Shown: piece after piece, positions 10,574-21,202 of the stretch
Numbering within the stretch: the first letter of the stretch is position 1
Layout: every line of letters begins with the position of its first letter
Source: an uncultured Chloroflexia bacterium
GTDB lineage: Bacteria > Chloroflexota > Anaerolineae > Anaerolineales > UBA4823
Reading direction: 5' to 3'
Assembly (NCBI GenBank): GCA_963743215.1
Contig: CAVUOY010000010.1
Coordinates: 72,225-136,224 of the forward strand
Length of the DNA stretch: 64,000 nucleotides
The notes under the pieces: model-generated
Database searches by the model: none
The model's input: only the letters and a program-made list of their open reading frames with translations
Told to the model about the DNA's origin: nothing
Position numbers and translations under genes: made by a program

Positions 10574-11692
10574 TTACTTCTCCAGATTCTGCAGTGTGTG
10601 CAGGTAATTGATAATATCCTGACGGCTGAGCATACCCTCGATCTGACCATTCTCCAACACAGGCATCTGGTTGACTCCATCGGTTCCCATCTGTTGAAGG
10701 GCTTCTTCCAAGCCAACTTTAGGATTGGTAGTTTTCACCCTGTCCATGGGGGTCATGACTTCAGAGCCGAGAGTGGTTCCCCAGCGCTCCCGCGGCACCT
10801 GACGGATGTCATGCAGGGTGAGCAACCCCGCTGGCTGGTCAGCCTGCATAATGACCATGCAGCGCTGCCCCTGATCAAGGATAAATTTATCGACCAGCTC
10901 TTGCAGGGTAAGGTCGGCGGAGGCCATCACACAGCTGCGGCTCATAACCTGGTCCACGGTATGCCCGGTGAGTAAGGAGTGGATGCGTTGCTGCTGGACC
11001 TGCCCCACGACAGCATTTTCCAGGAACCAGCCAATGAATGCAATCCATAAACCATTGACCCAATTCCCCTGGAAAAGCAGCCAGACTCCCAACAGGATGA
11101 ACAGAAAGGCAATGGCGTGACCGAGCAAGCCGGCAATCTCAGTGGCACGGCGCAGGTTTTTGGTGATCCCCCAAACGATTGATCGAAAGACCCGGCCTCC
11201 GTCCAATGGAAAACCTGGGATCAGGTTGAAGACAGCCAGAGTAGCGTTGATATATGCCAGGTATTTGGTCATGGCATAAATGGGGGCTACACCCCGGAAT
11301 ATCAGCTGCAATCCATAAAAGATACCAGCCAGAAGGAGACTGGTCAGGGGTCCAGCAAAAGCAATCACAAATTCAGCAGAAGCATTGGTCGGTTCGGAGG
11401 TTATCTCAGACATCCCACCAAAGATGTACAGGGTGATGCTTTTCACGGGCAGCTTATAGCGCAACGCCATAATCGAATGTCCCAGCTCATGCAGCAGTAC
11501 ACTTAAGAAGAATATGATGGACGTCACAGCTGCAACGGACCAATACTGTAGCCTGGTCCAATTCTTAAAATCCAGTGGGAAGTAATTGGCTGCGAGCACC
11601 CAGGTGATCAGAGCAAAGACCAGGAACCAGGAAGGGTCGAGACCAATCGGGATCCCAAGAATTTTACCCAATTTAATGGTGTTGCTTTTCAT
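10574..11692 (-). CDS. Site-2 protease (M50, SpoIVFB-like) with tandem CBS domains
   Basis: HELGH, FNLIPGFPLDGG, C-terminal CBS pair. Confidence 0.93.
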   Translation of the reverse strand: MKSNTIKLGKILGIPIGLDPSWFLVFALITWVLAANYFPLDFKNWTRLQYWSVAAVTSIIFFLSVLLHELGHSIMALRYKLPVKSITLYIFGGMSEITSEPTNASAEFVIAFAGPLTSLLLAGIFYGLQLIFRGVAPIYAMTKYLAYINATLAVFNLIPGFPLDGGRVFRSIVWGITKNLRRATEIAGLLGHAIAFLFILLGVWLLFQGNWVNGLWIAFIGWFLENAVVGQVQQQRIHSLLTGHTVDQVMSRSCVMASADLTLQELVDKFILDQGQRCMVIMQADQPAGLLTLHDIRQVPRERWGTTLGSEVMTPMDRVKTTNPKVGLEEALQQMGTDGVNQMPVLENGQIEGMLSRQDIINYLHTLQNLEK

Positions 11693-11729
11693 CCTTCACC
11701 TCCAGTGACTAATTATCACTCAGAGTAAT

Positions 11730-12074
11730 TTACAGCGCTATCACCTTGCTTGCCTGGCGTTGGGCTTCGAGGATATCTCCCATACCACCCACAATTCCCA
11801 CTTGCACTTTATCCATCAGCTCAAAGTAGTTCAAGCAGGTTGAACAAAGGATCAACCGAACCCCTTTATGCTCAAGGGATTGCAGCGTATCTAATACAGG
11901 TGAACCATCCACAACGAGATGCACACCTTCGGTATAAAAGCAGATTGCACCAGGAAGAATATTATTTTCATTCAGCAACTTCAGGTAGGTGTCAATTAGC
12001 TTATATTGCAAAACCTGATCGGCTTCACCCATTCCATTACGGGCGATCAAAATAACGGTATCAGAATCAGACAT
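11730..12074 (-). CDS. DsrE/YedF-like sulfur-relay protein
   Basis: GMGEAD, FYTEGV, ILCSTCLNYF, VGGMGDI; RBS GGAGG. Confidence 0.85.
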   Translation of the reverse strand: MSDSDTVILIARNGMGEADQVLQYKLIDTYLKLLNENNILPGAICFYTEGVHLVVDGSPVLDTLQSLEHKGVRLILCSTCLNYFELMDKVQVGIVGGMGDILEAQRQASKVIAL

Positions 12075-12242
12075 AAAAACCTCCAAAAACTGTATTTCCT
12101 GGTGTAGCCTAACGACTTGTTCGATCAAATATTATATCGATATTTGCCTGTACGGTAATCATACCCAAACTATATTTTTAATACGGAGTGTAAAGCAATC
12201 CCAGTTTTTGTAGATGCTTGATTCCAATCATACCCTGTAAGA

Positions 12243-12261
12243 TGTGAAGGATTTGTGAAGG
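12243..12261 (+). promoter_or_regulatory. Direct repeat TGTGAAGG x2 with 11-bp period (OmpR/PhoB-type site geometry)
   Basis: TGTGAAGG at 12243 and 12254, just upstream of the ECF-like -35. Confidence 0.4.
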
Positions 12262-12271
12262 TTTTCTCCGG

Positions 12272-12302
12272 GGCATATCTCGGGCAAGTAACAGGCGTCA
12301 TA
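12272..12302 (+). promoter_or_regulatory. ECF-type promoter GGCATATC-N16-CGTCATA
   Basis: Identical boxes and spacing at 15786-15816. Confidence 0.65.
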
Positions 12303-12361
12303 ATGGACAGGAATGTGAAATACAAACCAACCCATCTTACAACTTGAAAGGAACAATAGCA

Positions 12362-12823
12362 ATGAAAAAAATTACAGTAATATCCCTGGTCGTAATCATG
12401 TTAGCATTATCTGCTGTACCTGCTTTCGCAAAAGGCAACCAGCCAGCCACACATGGCACGGGCATCGGTATATGCACTGGTACCGGAACTAGCATCGATT
12501 CCGGCACCCAAAATGGTTTTGGCGTGCGTTCTCCGTATGCCCTTTCTGGACCCATCTCTGCCATCGATACTGAAGCACGCACTGTTATTGTCGCGATTAC
12601 CTGCGGTAACCGCCTGGCCCAGCCATTTATTGGCCAGGAAGTGACATTACAGACCACAGATAACACTCGTTTCCTGCTGCGTAATTCGGATGGAAGCGTC
12701 TCCCCGATTACATTTGACGATCTAGCTGTCGGTCAAAATGTCAGCAGTCATGGAATCGTGGTGGATGGAGTTTGGACTGCCATCCGGGTAACATCTGGTG
12801 CCTTATTGAACTGCCAACCATAA
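12362..12823 (+). CDS. Secreted protein (OB-fold/DUF5666-like), paralog of 15874-16473
   Basis: Signal peptide; LSGPISAID and TFDDLAVGQ.V..HG shared with the paralog. Confidence 0.8.
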   Translation: MKKITVISLVVIMLALSAVPAFAKGNQPATHGTGIGICTGTGTSIDSGTQNGFGVRSPYALSGPISAIDTEARTVIVAITCGNRLAQPFIGQEVTLQTTDNTRFLLRNSDGSVSPITFDDLAVGQNVSSHGIVVDGVWTAIRVTSGALLNCQP

Positions 12824-12900
12824 TCCTACCATCCATATTCTACCTAACCAGCGCTGTGATATGATCCACAGCGCTGTTCTGCTTTTTAATCCTAAGGCAC

Positions 12901-15525
12901 CTAATTCTCCCACAAAGGCACAATCTTCAGGATCCAACGGGTCATATAGACTCCAAAGAAGGATGAACCTGCAGTTACAGGAATCATCACCAGCCAGGCT
13001 CGCCAATCCAAAGCTACAACACCGAACACATCACGCAAGGGAGTGTATAAAGCCAGGAGTTGTAATCCGACTGCAACGGCATAACTTACCAGCAGTGCCC
13101 GGTTGGACCAGATGGATAAATCATCCAGCTGGCGTACAACCATGACACGCGTGAATGCATGCAAGACAATGGCGGTGAACAGCATGGTCCTGGCATAGAC
13201 CAGTCCACCAAGCTGCAATCCCACCCAGAAGATCAATCCATAGGCGATCAAAGTGCGGAAGATGCTCCCAGCGATGGTAGCATAAATAGCCTTGTTCATG
13301 ATGGGCTCATTATGACGGCGCGGACGACGGCTCATCACTTGACTCACCGCCGGATCAGCTGCCAATGCACTGGCGGGTACCAGGTCAGTGACCACATTCA
13401 CCCAAAGCAACATGATGGCAGACAATGGGAAATACCCGGCAATAGATAGCATCAGCACCACGAATACCTCCCCCAAGCTGGTACTGAGCAGGTAATTGGT
13501 GAACTTGCGGATGTTATCAAAAATACGCCGGCCCTCTTCGATGGCTACCACGATAGTGGCAAAGTTATCATCCAGGAGCACCATCTGGGCTGATTCCCTG
13601 GCGATATCGGTGCCACGCAGCCCCATTGCGACGCCCACATCAGATTGTTTAAGGGCCGTGGCATCATTCACCCCATCGCCAGTCATGGCAACGAAGTGAC
13701 CTGCCTGCTGTAGTTCCTGGAGGATCACCTGCTTCACCTGCGGGGTGGCACGGGCGATAATATCCACATCCTTCACCCTCTCATAGAGCTCTGAATTACT
13801 CAGACCGCTTAGCTGGCGAGCATCGACTACATTCTGTCCGATCCCCAACCTGCTGGCGACAGCCTGGGCGGTAAGGCCATTATCACCGGTGATCATCACC
13901 ACGCGTATTCCGGCAACCTGGGCTTTGGCGATGGCAGCCTCAGCTTGCGGGCGAGGAGGGTCCATCAAAACAAGCAAACCCATAAAAGTCATTTCCTGCT
14001 CAACCTTGTCAGAGACCATCTCTGAGGCAAGCCGCTTGTACGCCACACCCAACACGTACATCCCCTCACCCTGCAGCTTTTGGATAGTCTGGCGGATTTG
14101 CTGGCAGTGAGGGTCATCCATGTGGTAACTTTGTCCGCTTTCGTCGCACTTAGAGCAATGGGCGAGGACAATCCCCGGTGCGCCCTTGGTGATGGCAATG
14201 ATATTTCCATCCAGCTGGTGCAGGGTGGTCATCATCTTCCGTTCTGAGCTGAATGGAATTGTATTAATAAGTGGTCGGCTTTCACGAATCTGGTCGGTAT
14301 CCAAGCCAGCATCCCGAGCAGCTTGTAATATGGCAGTATCAACGGGATCACCCAGGATTTTGGGTTCCTCGCCGGGCTCATGGGTGGCTTCATTGCATAA
14401 AACTGCAGCCTCCAACAGAGTGCGCACTGCACCATCTGAACCAGACCCATCCGAGAGGTTCACCAGCTGTCCACCTGCAAACAACTGCTGTACCGCCATG
14501 CGATTCTGGGTGAGGGTACCTGTTTTATCGGTGCAGATGGTATCCACAGAGCCAAGTGACTCAACGACCGACAGGTTGCGAACAACTGCCCCCTCACGCG
14601 CCATCTGTCTGGCACCTAATGCGAGAGCAAAAGTAAGCACGATGGGCAAGCTTTCGGGGATGGTGGCGACTGCCAGGCTGAGGGTGTTAAGGGCTACATC
14701 TACAAGTGGTTCATGCATGACAAAGTAGAGGATGAGTGCCACTATCGCAGCTAAAATGCTGATGATCCAGGTCATTTGGCGCGCCATCTTCTTTACTTCG
14801 GTTTGAAAAGGAGTTGGACGCTCCGCCATTCTGCCAAGAGTTGTGGCGATCTGACCGACTTCAGAGGCACTGCCGGTATTCACCACCAGAGCCAAACCAG
14901 AGCCATGAGTGATGAAGGTCGAGCCATAAACCATGCTGGTGCGTTCAGCCAAGGCAGTTTCGACTGGGACAGCTTCAATGGCTTTATCCACGCCCAGGCT
15001 CTCGCCAGTGAGTGTGGATTCATCGACCCGCAACGAGTGGGTCTCTATCAGGCGAGCATCTGCAGGTACCTTTTGCCCCTGTGACAACACGAGCACATCA
15101 CCTGGGACGACCTGCATCGCATCAATCCCTCGCCTGATTCCATCACGCAGGATTGTGGCACGAAAGCTAAGCAGCCTGGTAAGAGCTTCTAGCTCCCTTT
15201 GCGAGCGATATTCCTCGAAAAAGCTGAGCGACACACTGATCAGGATGATGACAAGGATGAAAATTGCGGTCAGCTTGCGCTCACCTTGACCCGGCATAAA
15301 ACTGACCCCAAAGGCAAGTGCAGCAGCAAAAAGCAACACCAGGATAAAATAACTGGCAAATTGCTTGAAAAACAGTTTAATAGGTGATATCCGCTTGCGG
15401 GTTTGGAGCTGGTTGCTGCCCCAACGCTCAAGCCGATGCACTGCTTCAGCTTCCGCCAACCCCTGCGGATGTGAATCGAGCTGCTTGAAAACTTGCTCAA
15501 TGCTCAAGTTGTGCCAGTTGGTCAT
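12901..15525 (-). CDS. P-type ATPase, P2A (Ca2+/Mn2+-transporting-like)
   Basis: TGES, PESLP, DKTGTLT, KGAP, TGD, GDGVND. Confidence 0.95.
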   Translation of the reverse strand: MTNWHNLSIEQVFKQLDSHPQGLAEAEAVHRLERWGSNQLQTRKRISPIKLFFKQFASYFILVLLFAAALAFGVSFMPGQGERKLTAIFILVIILISVSLSFFEEYRSQRELEALTRLLSFRATILRDGIRRGIDAMQVVPGDVLVLSQGQKVPADARLIETHSLRVDESTLTGESLGVDKAIEAVPVETALAERTSMVYGSTFITHGSGLALVVNTGSASEVGQIATTLGRMAERPTPFQTEVKKMARQMTWIISILAAIVALILYFVMHEPLVDVALNTLSLAVATIPESLPIVLTFALALGARQMAREGAVVRNLSVVESLGSVDTICTDKTGTLTQNRMAVQQLFAGGQLVNLSDGSGSDGAVRTLLEAAVLCNEATHEPGEEPKILGDPVDTAILQAARDAGLDTDQIRESRPLINTIPFSSERKMMTTLHQLDGNIIAITKGAPGIVLAHCSKCDESGQSYHMDDPHCQQIRQTIQKLQGEGMYVLGVAYKRLASEMVSDKVEQEMTFMGLLVLMDPPRPQAEAAIAKAQVAGIRVVMITGDNGLTAQAVASRLGIGQNVVDARQLSGLSNSELYERVKDVDIIARATPQVKQVILQELQQAGHFVAMTGDGVNDATALKQSDVGVAMGLRGTDIARESAQMVLLDDNFATIVVAIEEGRRIFDNIRKFTNYLLSTSLGEVFVVLMLSIAGYFPLSAIMLLWVNVVTDLVPASALAADPAVSQVMSRRPRRHNEPIMNKAIYATIAGSIFRTLIAYGLIFWVGLQLGGLVYARTMLFTAIVLHAFTRVMVVRQLDDLSIWSNRALLVSYAVAVGLQLLALYTPLRDVFGVVALDWRAWLVMIPVTAGSSFFGVYMTRWILKIVPLWEN

Positions 15526-15785
15526 TTGCGTCTCACAGTGGTCATTTTCTAATTCGAAATGATCTTATTGGATCGTTATTTTATTCACCCTCTCGGGAAA
15601 TCTTTTCCTACCAATCTATCTTTTGATGCAATGCCCAACCCCAAGTTGCTGAACTGCCATGAATGATCATCTCCATAGTAACACATACTTCCAGATGGTG
15701 ATTGAGAAATCGAGTGATTTTCCAGATCAATCCTACCCGCCAACTCACAATACGCTGATTAATCTTAGATTAGATTTACGGTTGA

Positions 15786-15816
15786 GGCATATCTTATACA
15801 TGGTTTGCACGTCATA
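15786..15816 (+). promoter_or_regulatory. ECF-type promoter GGCATATC-N16-CGTCATA
   Basis: Identical to the boxes at 12272-12302. Confidence 0.65.
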
Positions 15817-15873
15817 TTAAACGGGAGTGTGAATTCCCACACCATCAGATTAACTTCTGAAAGGAGATTATAT

Positions 15874-16473
15874 ATGAAAAAAGTTACAATCATCGCAATT
15901 GTCTTGATCATGCTGGCTGTCTCGGTTATACCGGTGATGGCTAAGGATCCCCCACACGGGAAAGGTAATCCAAACAACACAGGACAAGGAAATTCTACGG
16001 GAGTTAATCCGGGGGATAACGACCAGGAAAGACAGCAGCAACAAGATCGTCAAACGAATAACAGTGGAAAAGTGAATGGAAATCACGGTGAAGCACGCAT
16101 GCGGACTCCATTCTACTTACAGGGGGTTATTTCAGCTGTGGATAGCGGAGCAAAAACCATCACCGTCACCCTGATCCACGGCAATGCCAAGGTCAAGGAG
16201 TTTATTGGTACCGATTTGATCATAAAGACCAACGATGCAACCCTTATCTATCAGGTTACCCAAGGGGATGAAGGTGAGTCAGGGACGGGTGAGACAACAG
16301 AACCCGTAATGAGCACCTCAGAGGATGATAATGGTCGCGTGCCGAAAACATTTGCTGATCTAGCAATCGGCCAGAAAGTGGCTATTCACGGTCGACTCGT
16401 GGTTAGCGACTACACTGCCAGGCTGATCACCATCTACGTCCAAATGACAGTTACTGAATCTTCTGGCGGTTAA
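15874..16473 (+). CDS. Secreted protein with low-complexity G/N linker, paralog of 12362-12823
   Basis: RBS AAGGAG; signal peptide; LQGVISAVD, TFADLAIGQKVAIHG. Confidence 0.82.
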   Translation: MKKVTIIAIVLIMLAVSVIPVMAKDPPHGKGNPNNTGQGNSTGVNPGDNDQERQQQQDRQTNNSGKVNGNHGEARMRTPFYLQGVISAVDSGAKTITVTLIHGNAKVKEFIGTDLIIKTNDATLIYQVTQGDEGESGTGETTEPVMSTSEDDNGRVPKTFADLAIGQKVAIHGRLVVSDYTARLITIYVQMTVTESSGG

Positions 16474-16503
16474 TAGTAAACACAAACCTTTATACAGACT
16501 AAT

Positions 16504-16537
16504 ATCAGCGGTGTGGAGACCTCTCCACACCGCTGAT
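16504..16537 (+). terminator. Perfect 16-bp inverted repeat (terminator or RNA-stabilising hairpin)
   Basis: ATCAGCGGTGTGGAGA-CC-TCTCCACACCGCTGAT; no clear U-tract. Confidence 0.55.
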
Positions 16538-16623
16538 TCATGATCATTAGAAATTACGATAAAATGTATACGAAATTGTAGTGGATCACCCGTTTCTATT
16601 AGGGAAATTTTACGTCATAGATT

Positions 16624-17178
16624 ATGAAAAATAGCCCCGACCAGGCAATCCTGGTAAGAGCAAAACGATTCGAAGCCCAGGCTCTGGAAGAGATCTTCGA
16701 TACCTTCAGCCCAGGGATTTATCGCTATGCTTACAGGCTACTGGGTGATGAGGAATTAGCACGTGAGTGTATGTCAGAAACTTTTAGCCGGTTTTTAGTA
16801 GCCTTAAAGCGAGATAGTGGCCCAGATACGTATTTGCAGGCTTACTTGTATCGAATTGCCCATAATTGGGTGACGGATTTTTACCGTCGTAAAACTCCAC
16901 CCACCTTACCATTGGATGTACAGACACCGGCGAACCCTGCAGATGAGCCTCACCAGGCATTGGCAGCTGGGATTGCGACCCAACAGCTTAGAGAAGCAAT
17001 TGCCCTGCTTACACCCGATCAACGCCAGGTGATCGTCTTGAAATATCTTGAAGATTGGGAAAACGAAGCGATCGCCAGAACACTGAAAAAACCTGTCGGT
17101 GCAGTAAAGGCGCTCCAACACCGGGCATTGGAAGCATTACGCCGGATCTTGAGCCGATATGAGGATGTAAATGTATGA
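16624..17178 (+). CDS. ECF sigma-70 family factor
   Basis: YLYRIAHN (region 2), LTPDQRQVIVL...GAVKALQHRA (region 4). Confidence 0.93.
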   Translation: MKNSPDQAILVRAKRFEAQALEEIFDTFSPGIYRYAYRLLGDEELARECMSETFSRFLVALKRDSGPDTYLQAYLYRIAHNWVTDFYRRKTPPTLPLDVQTPANPADEPHQALAAGIATQQLREAIALLTPDQRQVIVLKYLEDWENEAIARTLKKPVGAVKALQHRALEALRRILSRYEDVNV

Positions 17179-18140
17179 CCAGGACTGATCGTGAATTGGA
17201 TGAATATGGGAAGCGAGTTTTGGAACCTTTGCGCCGAGACCGCAATATTGACCCAAAATCAGCGGATGAAATAAAGAAACTCTTTCTGATGCAGGCTGAT
17301 AGTCTGCGTCAGGGATTAATCGCCCAGCCTGAGACAGGAAATAAGCAGAACAGGCCTGGAATAAATGGTGTTTTTAGGGTTTTCCAGCATAATCCAGGAT
17401 TAAAAGCGTTAATGGCAGTGGTGATGGCGGCCTTTATCATCCTATCAGGCAGCAGCATCACCGTGGCTGCAGCTCAAAGCAGCCTGCCTGGAGAACCGCT
17501 TTATGCGATTAAATCATGGAGCGAAGATGTGCGCCTCTCCATGACCCATTCCACGGAAGCCAAACTAAATCTGACCCTGGATTATACCAATCGCAGGTTG
17601 GATGAAATTTCTGGTCTCTTTGCAGGTGGGCAAGATTTTAGCGACCAATCATCAGACCGTTATCAGGAGGAATTGGAGAATGCACTCCTGCTGGCAACCC
17701 AATTGGATGATACCCAAATGCTGGATGCCCTCGAGCAGATCAAAAAGCATGCTGAATACCAGGGCATGACAATTGAAGAGCTAATCGACAAGCTTCCACC
17801 TCAAGCAGGACCTGCAATCGTTCGCCTACAAGCAAGGCTGGCTGAACAGATTCAATTGAGTAATTTCGGTGAATCTGACCCGCAAGCATTCAGGGTACAC
17901 ATACGCGATCGACACCAAAAACAACAGGATTCCAAGCATTCAACCGCGACAGACCAGCCCGAGTCCATCCTACCGGGTATGACCTTGACACCCGTGCCGC
18001 AGCAAGACGATGGTGAGAATAAGAAAACACACCAACCGACTGACATGCCGGGGCAGACTAATCCGGGAAATGGGAAGGGACAAAATACACCCGGGAATGG
18101 AAATCATAATTCAACTGAAAGCAGCACCCAGGAGCCGTAA
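17175..18140 (+). CDS. Putative membrane anti-sigma factor (DUF5667-like)
   Basis: ATGA overlap with sigma; one TM helix then AQSSLPGEPLYAIK; disordered tail. Confidence 0.8.
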   Translation: MTRTDRELDEYGKRVLEPLRRDRNIDPKSADEIKKLFLMQADSLRQGLIAQPETGNKQNRPGINGVFRVFQHNPGLKALMAVVMAAFIILSGSSITVAAAQSSLPGEPLYAIKSWSEDVRLSMTHSTEAKLNLTLDYTNRRLDEISGLFAGGQDFSDQSSDRYQEELENALLLATQLDDTQMLDALEQIKKHAEYQGMTIEELIDKLPPQAGPAIVRLQARLAEQIQLSNFGESDPQAFRVHIRDRHQKQQDSKHSTATDQPESILPGMTLTPVPQQDDGENKKTHQPTDMPGQTNPGNGKGQNTPGNGNHNSTESSTQEP

Positions 18141-18414
18141 AGTTTGTGATTGATTATTGGTTCCTAGTAATAAGTCTCCAGTAAATGATTTTTCAATTAC
18201 CAGGGCTTTCACAATTCACTGAAAATCCAATTGGCACTTCAACAAAATATGATCTCTTGACACAGCTTGCTTCAACAAGATTACCTGGGGGTTCGTTCAT
18301 TAGCGAGCTGCATACTTCCCGAGATTAAAATGTAATATAATTCACATTAACGGAACAATTCTGCCCCCAGACGTGCCTTATAGAAAATACCGATAAAAGG
18401 ATAAGGAGAGCTAA

Positions 18415-18933
18415 ATGTTCAAGAAACTCATCCTCACTATGATCGCAATCATATTGGTACTCTCGATGTCTGGCTGTAGTGTAATCTCATCCGCCTCCGA
18501 AAAAAATGATGATTCAGAGAGTGAAGGGTCAGAGACCCTTAATCAAACTAATAGTACTGCCAATATTCAAATGTTACCGCTCATCTCAGGGAAGAATGCA
18601 AATATAGTGCTCGATGCCAGTGCTGATAACACCACACAGCAGATCAAGGTAGGTGAGATATTAGCGATTACCCTTGAATCAAACGTTACAACTGGATTCA
18701 GCTGGTCCCTTACTATCTCTGATTCAAAAGTGTTGGTACAGATGGGTGAGCCACAATACCAGGAACCACCATCCGATTCCGGCACCCCAACTCTTGGCGC
18801 GGCTGGGAAACAAACTTTCTTCTTGCAGGCAGTAGAAACCGGTACAGTAATCGTATCATTGGAATATGAACAGAGCTTCGAGACAGATGCCGATGCTGAG
18901 AAAACCATCAACTTCACCGTTGATGTGAAATAG
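18415..18933 (+). CDS. Lipoprotein with chagasin-family (I42) protease inhibitor domain
   Basis: Lipobox SMSGC; ITLESNVTTGFSW, LGAAG, LEYEQSFE. Confidence 0.85.
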   Translation: MFKKLILTMIAIILVLSMSGCSVISSASEKNDDSESEGSETLNQTNSTANIQMLPLISGKNANIVLDASADNTTQQIKVGEILAITLESNVTTGFSWSLTISDSKVLVQMGEPQYQEPPSDSGTPTLGAAGKQTFFLQAVETGTVIVSLEYEQSFETDADAEKTINFTVDVK

Positions 18934-19057
18934 AAGAACAGCCTTAAGTTATTAGCGACCGATCTTTGGTAAATTAAAAACAATCACCACTGAGCAGGGA
19001 TGAGGCATACTACCCGGAGGTGATTTTTTTTAATTCAACACGTGAGTTATTATTGAA

Positions 19058-19804
19058 CTATCCCAACCTGGACTTTACCTTCTCCCAAGAATTGGTGATC
19101 AGGAAACTCTCGTTCATATAGCCTACCAATTGTTTAAATCGCTGGAAGGGAACGGAAAAGGTCAGCTCATCACGCCCCACGTGAGGCCGGGCGGAAACAT
19201 CGAACATACCCAGAACACAACGTGGATTTGGTAAAGCTGCTTGTTCCAACGGATAGCCAATAATCGACGCACAGCCTGCACCCATGGGGGTGATCACTCC
19301 ATCCGGCTCAGCTACATCGTAATTCGCCAGGGCAAATAATCCACTCAGAACATCACCCGTGGCAAAGAAAATCACGGCACTCGGGTCATCAGCCTTGTCC
19401 AGCTTATCCCAACGCTTGAATACCAGATAATTTGCAGGTGCTTCGAAAGGTGGATGTTGAAGTAAGTACTGGCTTACCAGGGCGGGATCGCGTTTATAGC
19501 GTTCGCCTTCCAACTCGCCAGGGATACCGCATGAAAGAAAATATTCAAATTTTGGTCGCAGCGAGTGGCTAAATCCGGTATAGCGTTTGCCCCCTGAACA
19601 TCCGGGAGTATGTGTCTCATATACAAAAGGGAAACCTTGCCGAACCCGCTTCAAGTTGCCGATCAGACAACGATCTACCGTTTGGCTGGTATTCAAATCA
19701 TTGAGGTCGGGCTGATCAGTGTAGTAATAGGCAATGGGGATTTCGGCGCCTGGAAAATATTTACTCCACTCGCCAATAAAATGTTCTGAAAAAAGAGTAT
19801 CCAT
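19058..19804 (-). CDS. DUF169 family Cys-containing protein
   Basis: GCSGGKRYTGF, GAGCASI, LGMFDVSAR, ELTFSVP. Confidence 0.8.
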   Translation of the reverse strand: MDTLFSEHFIGEWSKYFPGAEIPIAYYYTDQPDLNDLNTSQTVDRCLIGNLKRVRQGFPFVYETHTPGCSGGKRYTGFSHSLRPKFEYFLSCGIPGELEGERYKRDPALVSQYLLQHPPFEAPANYLVFKRWDKLDKADDPSAVIFFATGDVLSGLFALANYDVAEPDGVITPMGAGCASIIGYPLEQAALPNPRCVLGMFDVSARPHVGRDELTFSVPFQRFKQLVGYMNESFLITNSWEKVKSRLG

Positions 19805-20168
19805 GGGAAAACTTCCTTTCTGGGTAATTCGATTATATTGCGAAATAGTTGGAAAAAAGTGATAAGTTAGTTGTAATAAGTGATTCGGTAAAAAGATAAA
19901 ACAGAAACGTGGATGATAGGTAATTAGCCTTTTGTAATTGGCAAGTTTGTTTATAGACGGATGCTGTGTTATCAGGAAGCTTAATTACGATGAATAAGGA
20001 TGCAGATGATCTTTGAGAGATGAAAATTTCCTGTGATTATTGGATGGTTGATGGATGACTGCTGCACGTTCCCTTCTCAGGGTATAATCCTTTTCACTTA
20101 TCGATACCGGCAGGTGGGTCAGCCATTTACAGGCAACTAAAGCAGAATAACCTGCCCTGACGTATACA

Positions 20169-21191
20169 ATGGACATTACTGTTCGACCACATCACCGACT
20201 AGTTACACTAATTATCTTAACCATCACCGTGGTAGGTGTGGTTCTGGTTGCATTGGATTGGAAGGATATGCGCCAAGTGCTATATGAAGCTGACTGGCGT
20301 TATCTACCCCTGGTGTTGTTATTCACTTTCACATCCTATGCGTTTTACAGCTATGCCTTCGCAGTCGTTTCTCAAATATTAGGCATACCCATGCGCAAAC
20401 GCGAGCTGGCAGAAGTGTGTTTCATCACCACCGTGGTTAACCATGTGTTGACTACCGGTGGTGTAGTGGGCTATTCCCTGCGATATTTTTTAATGAAAAT
20501 GTATCATGCCACTCTAAAGGATGTGCTCACTTCGTCCTTCCTGCATTATTACATCACAAGCCTGGACATGCTGACCTTTCTGCCCATATGCTTCGTCTAT
20601 TTGATTTTAAACGCATCCGTCCCGCGTGGGGCAGCCATTGCTCTGGGATTGATGACGCTGTTATTTAGTCTGGTGCTGGTCTTGATTACGTTGTTGGTGC
20701 TGTTTCCTTCCAGGCGCAGCCCAATGATCCATCTTTTAGCAAATCTTGGTAAAAGAATCCTGCGGCGTGATTTTACCAACTGGCTCACTCAATTTGATGA
20801 AACCCTGACATGCGGCACAGAAGTGTTCCGCCAAAAACCAATGGTGCTGCTATGGGTTATGCTACTCACCCTGCTCGATTTCTCATGCAGCATTATCGCC
20901 ATGGGATTTGTATTCGAAGCCTTAGGGCCTCCGGTAAAAGCAGGCGCACTGGTAACCGGGTATGTCATTGGAATCATGGCAGGGTTGTTATCCATGGTCC
21001 CAGGGGGGTTCGGCATCCAAGAAGGATCAATGGCCGGTATATATGCCCTGCTAGGAGTGCAGTTTGAGCAGGCTGTTCTGGCTGCCATCCTATTCCGTCT
21101 ACTGTACTACTTAGTTCCATATTTTTTGATCCTGCCGTTTTACAACCGGTTGCTCCACAAGGCAGGCATGCAATCACCCATCCATCCTTGA
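20169..21191 (+). CDS. Lysylphosphatidylglycerol-synthase TM / flippase-like membrane protein
   Basis: PGGFGIQEG, AILFRLLYY; about 8 TM helices. Confidence 0.88.
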   Translation: MDITVRPHHRLVTLIILTITVVGVVLVALDWKDMRQVLYEADWRYLPLVLLFTFTSYAFYSYAFAVVSQILGIPMRKRELAEVCFITTVVNHVLTTGGVVGYSLRYFLMKMYHATLKDVLTSSFLHYYITSLDMLTFLPICFVYLILNASVPRGAAIALGLMTLLFSLVLVLITLLVLFPSRRSPMIHLLANLGKRILRRDFTNWLTQFDETLTCGTEVFRQKPMVLLWVMLLTLLDFSCSIIAMGFVFEALGPPVKAGALVTGYVIGIMAGLLSMVPGGFGIQEGSMAGIYALLGVQFEQAVLAAILFRLLYYLVPYFLILPFYNRLLHKAGMQSPIHP

Positions 21192-21202
21192 GGAGTGAAT
21201 CA

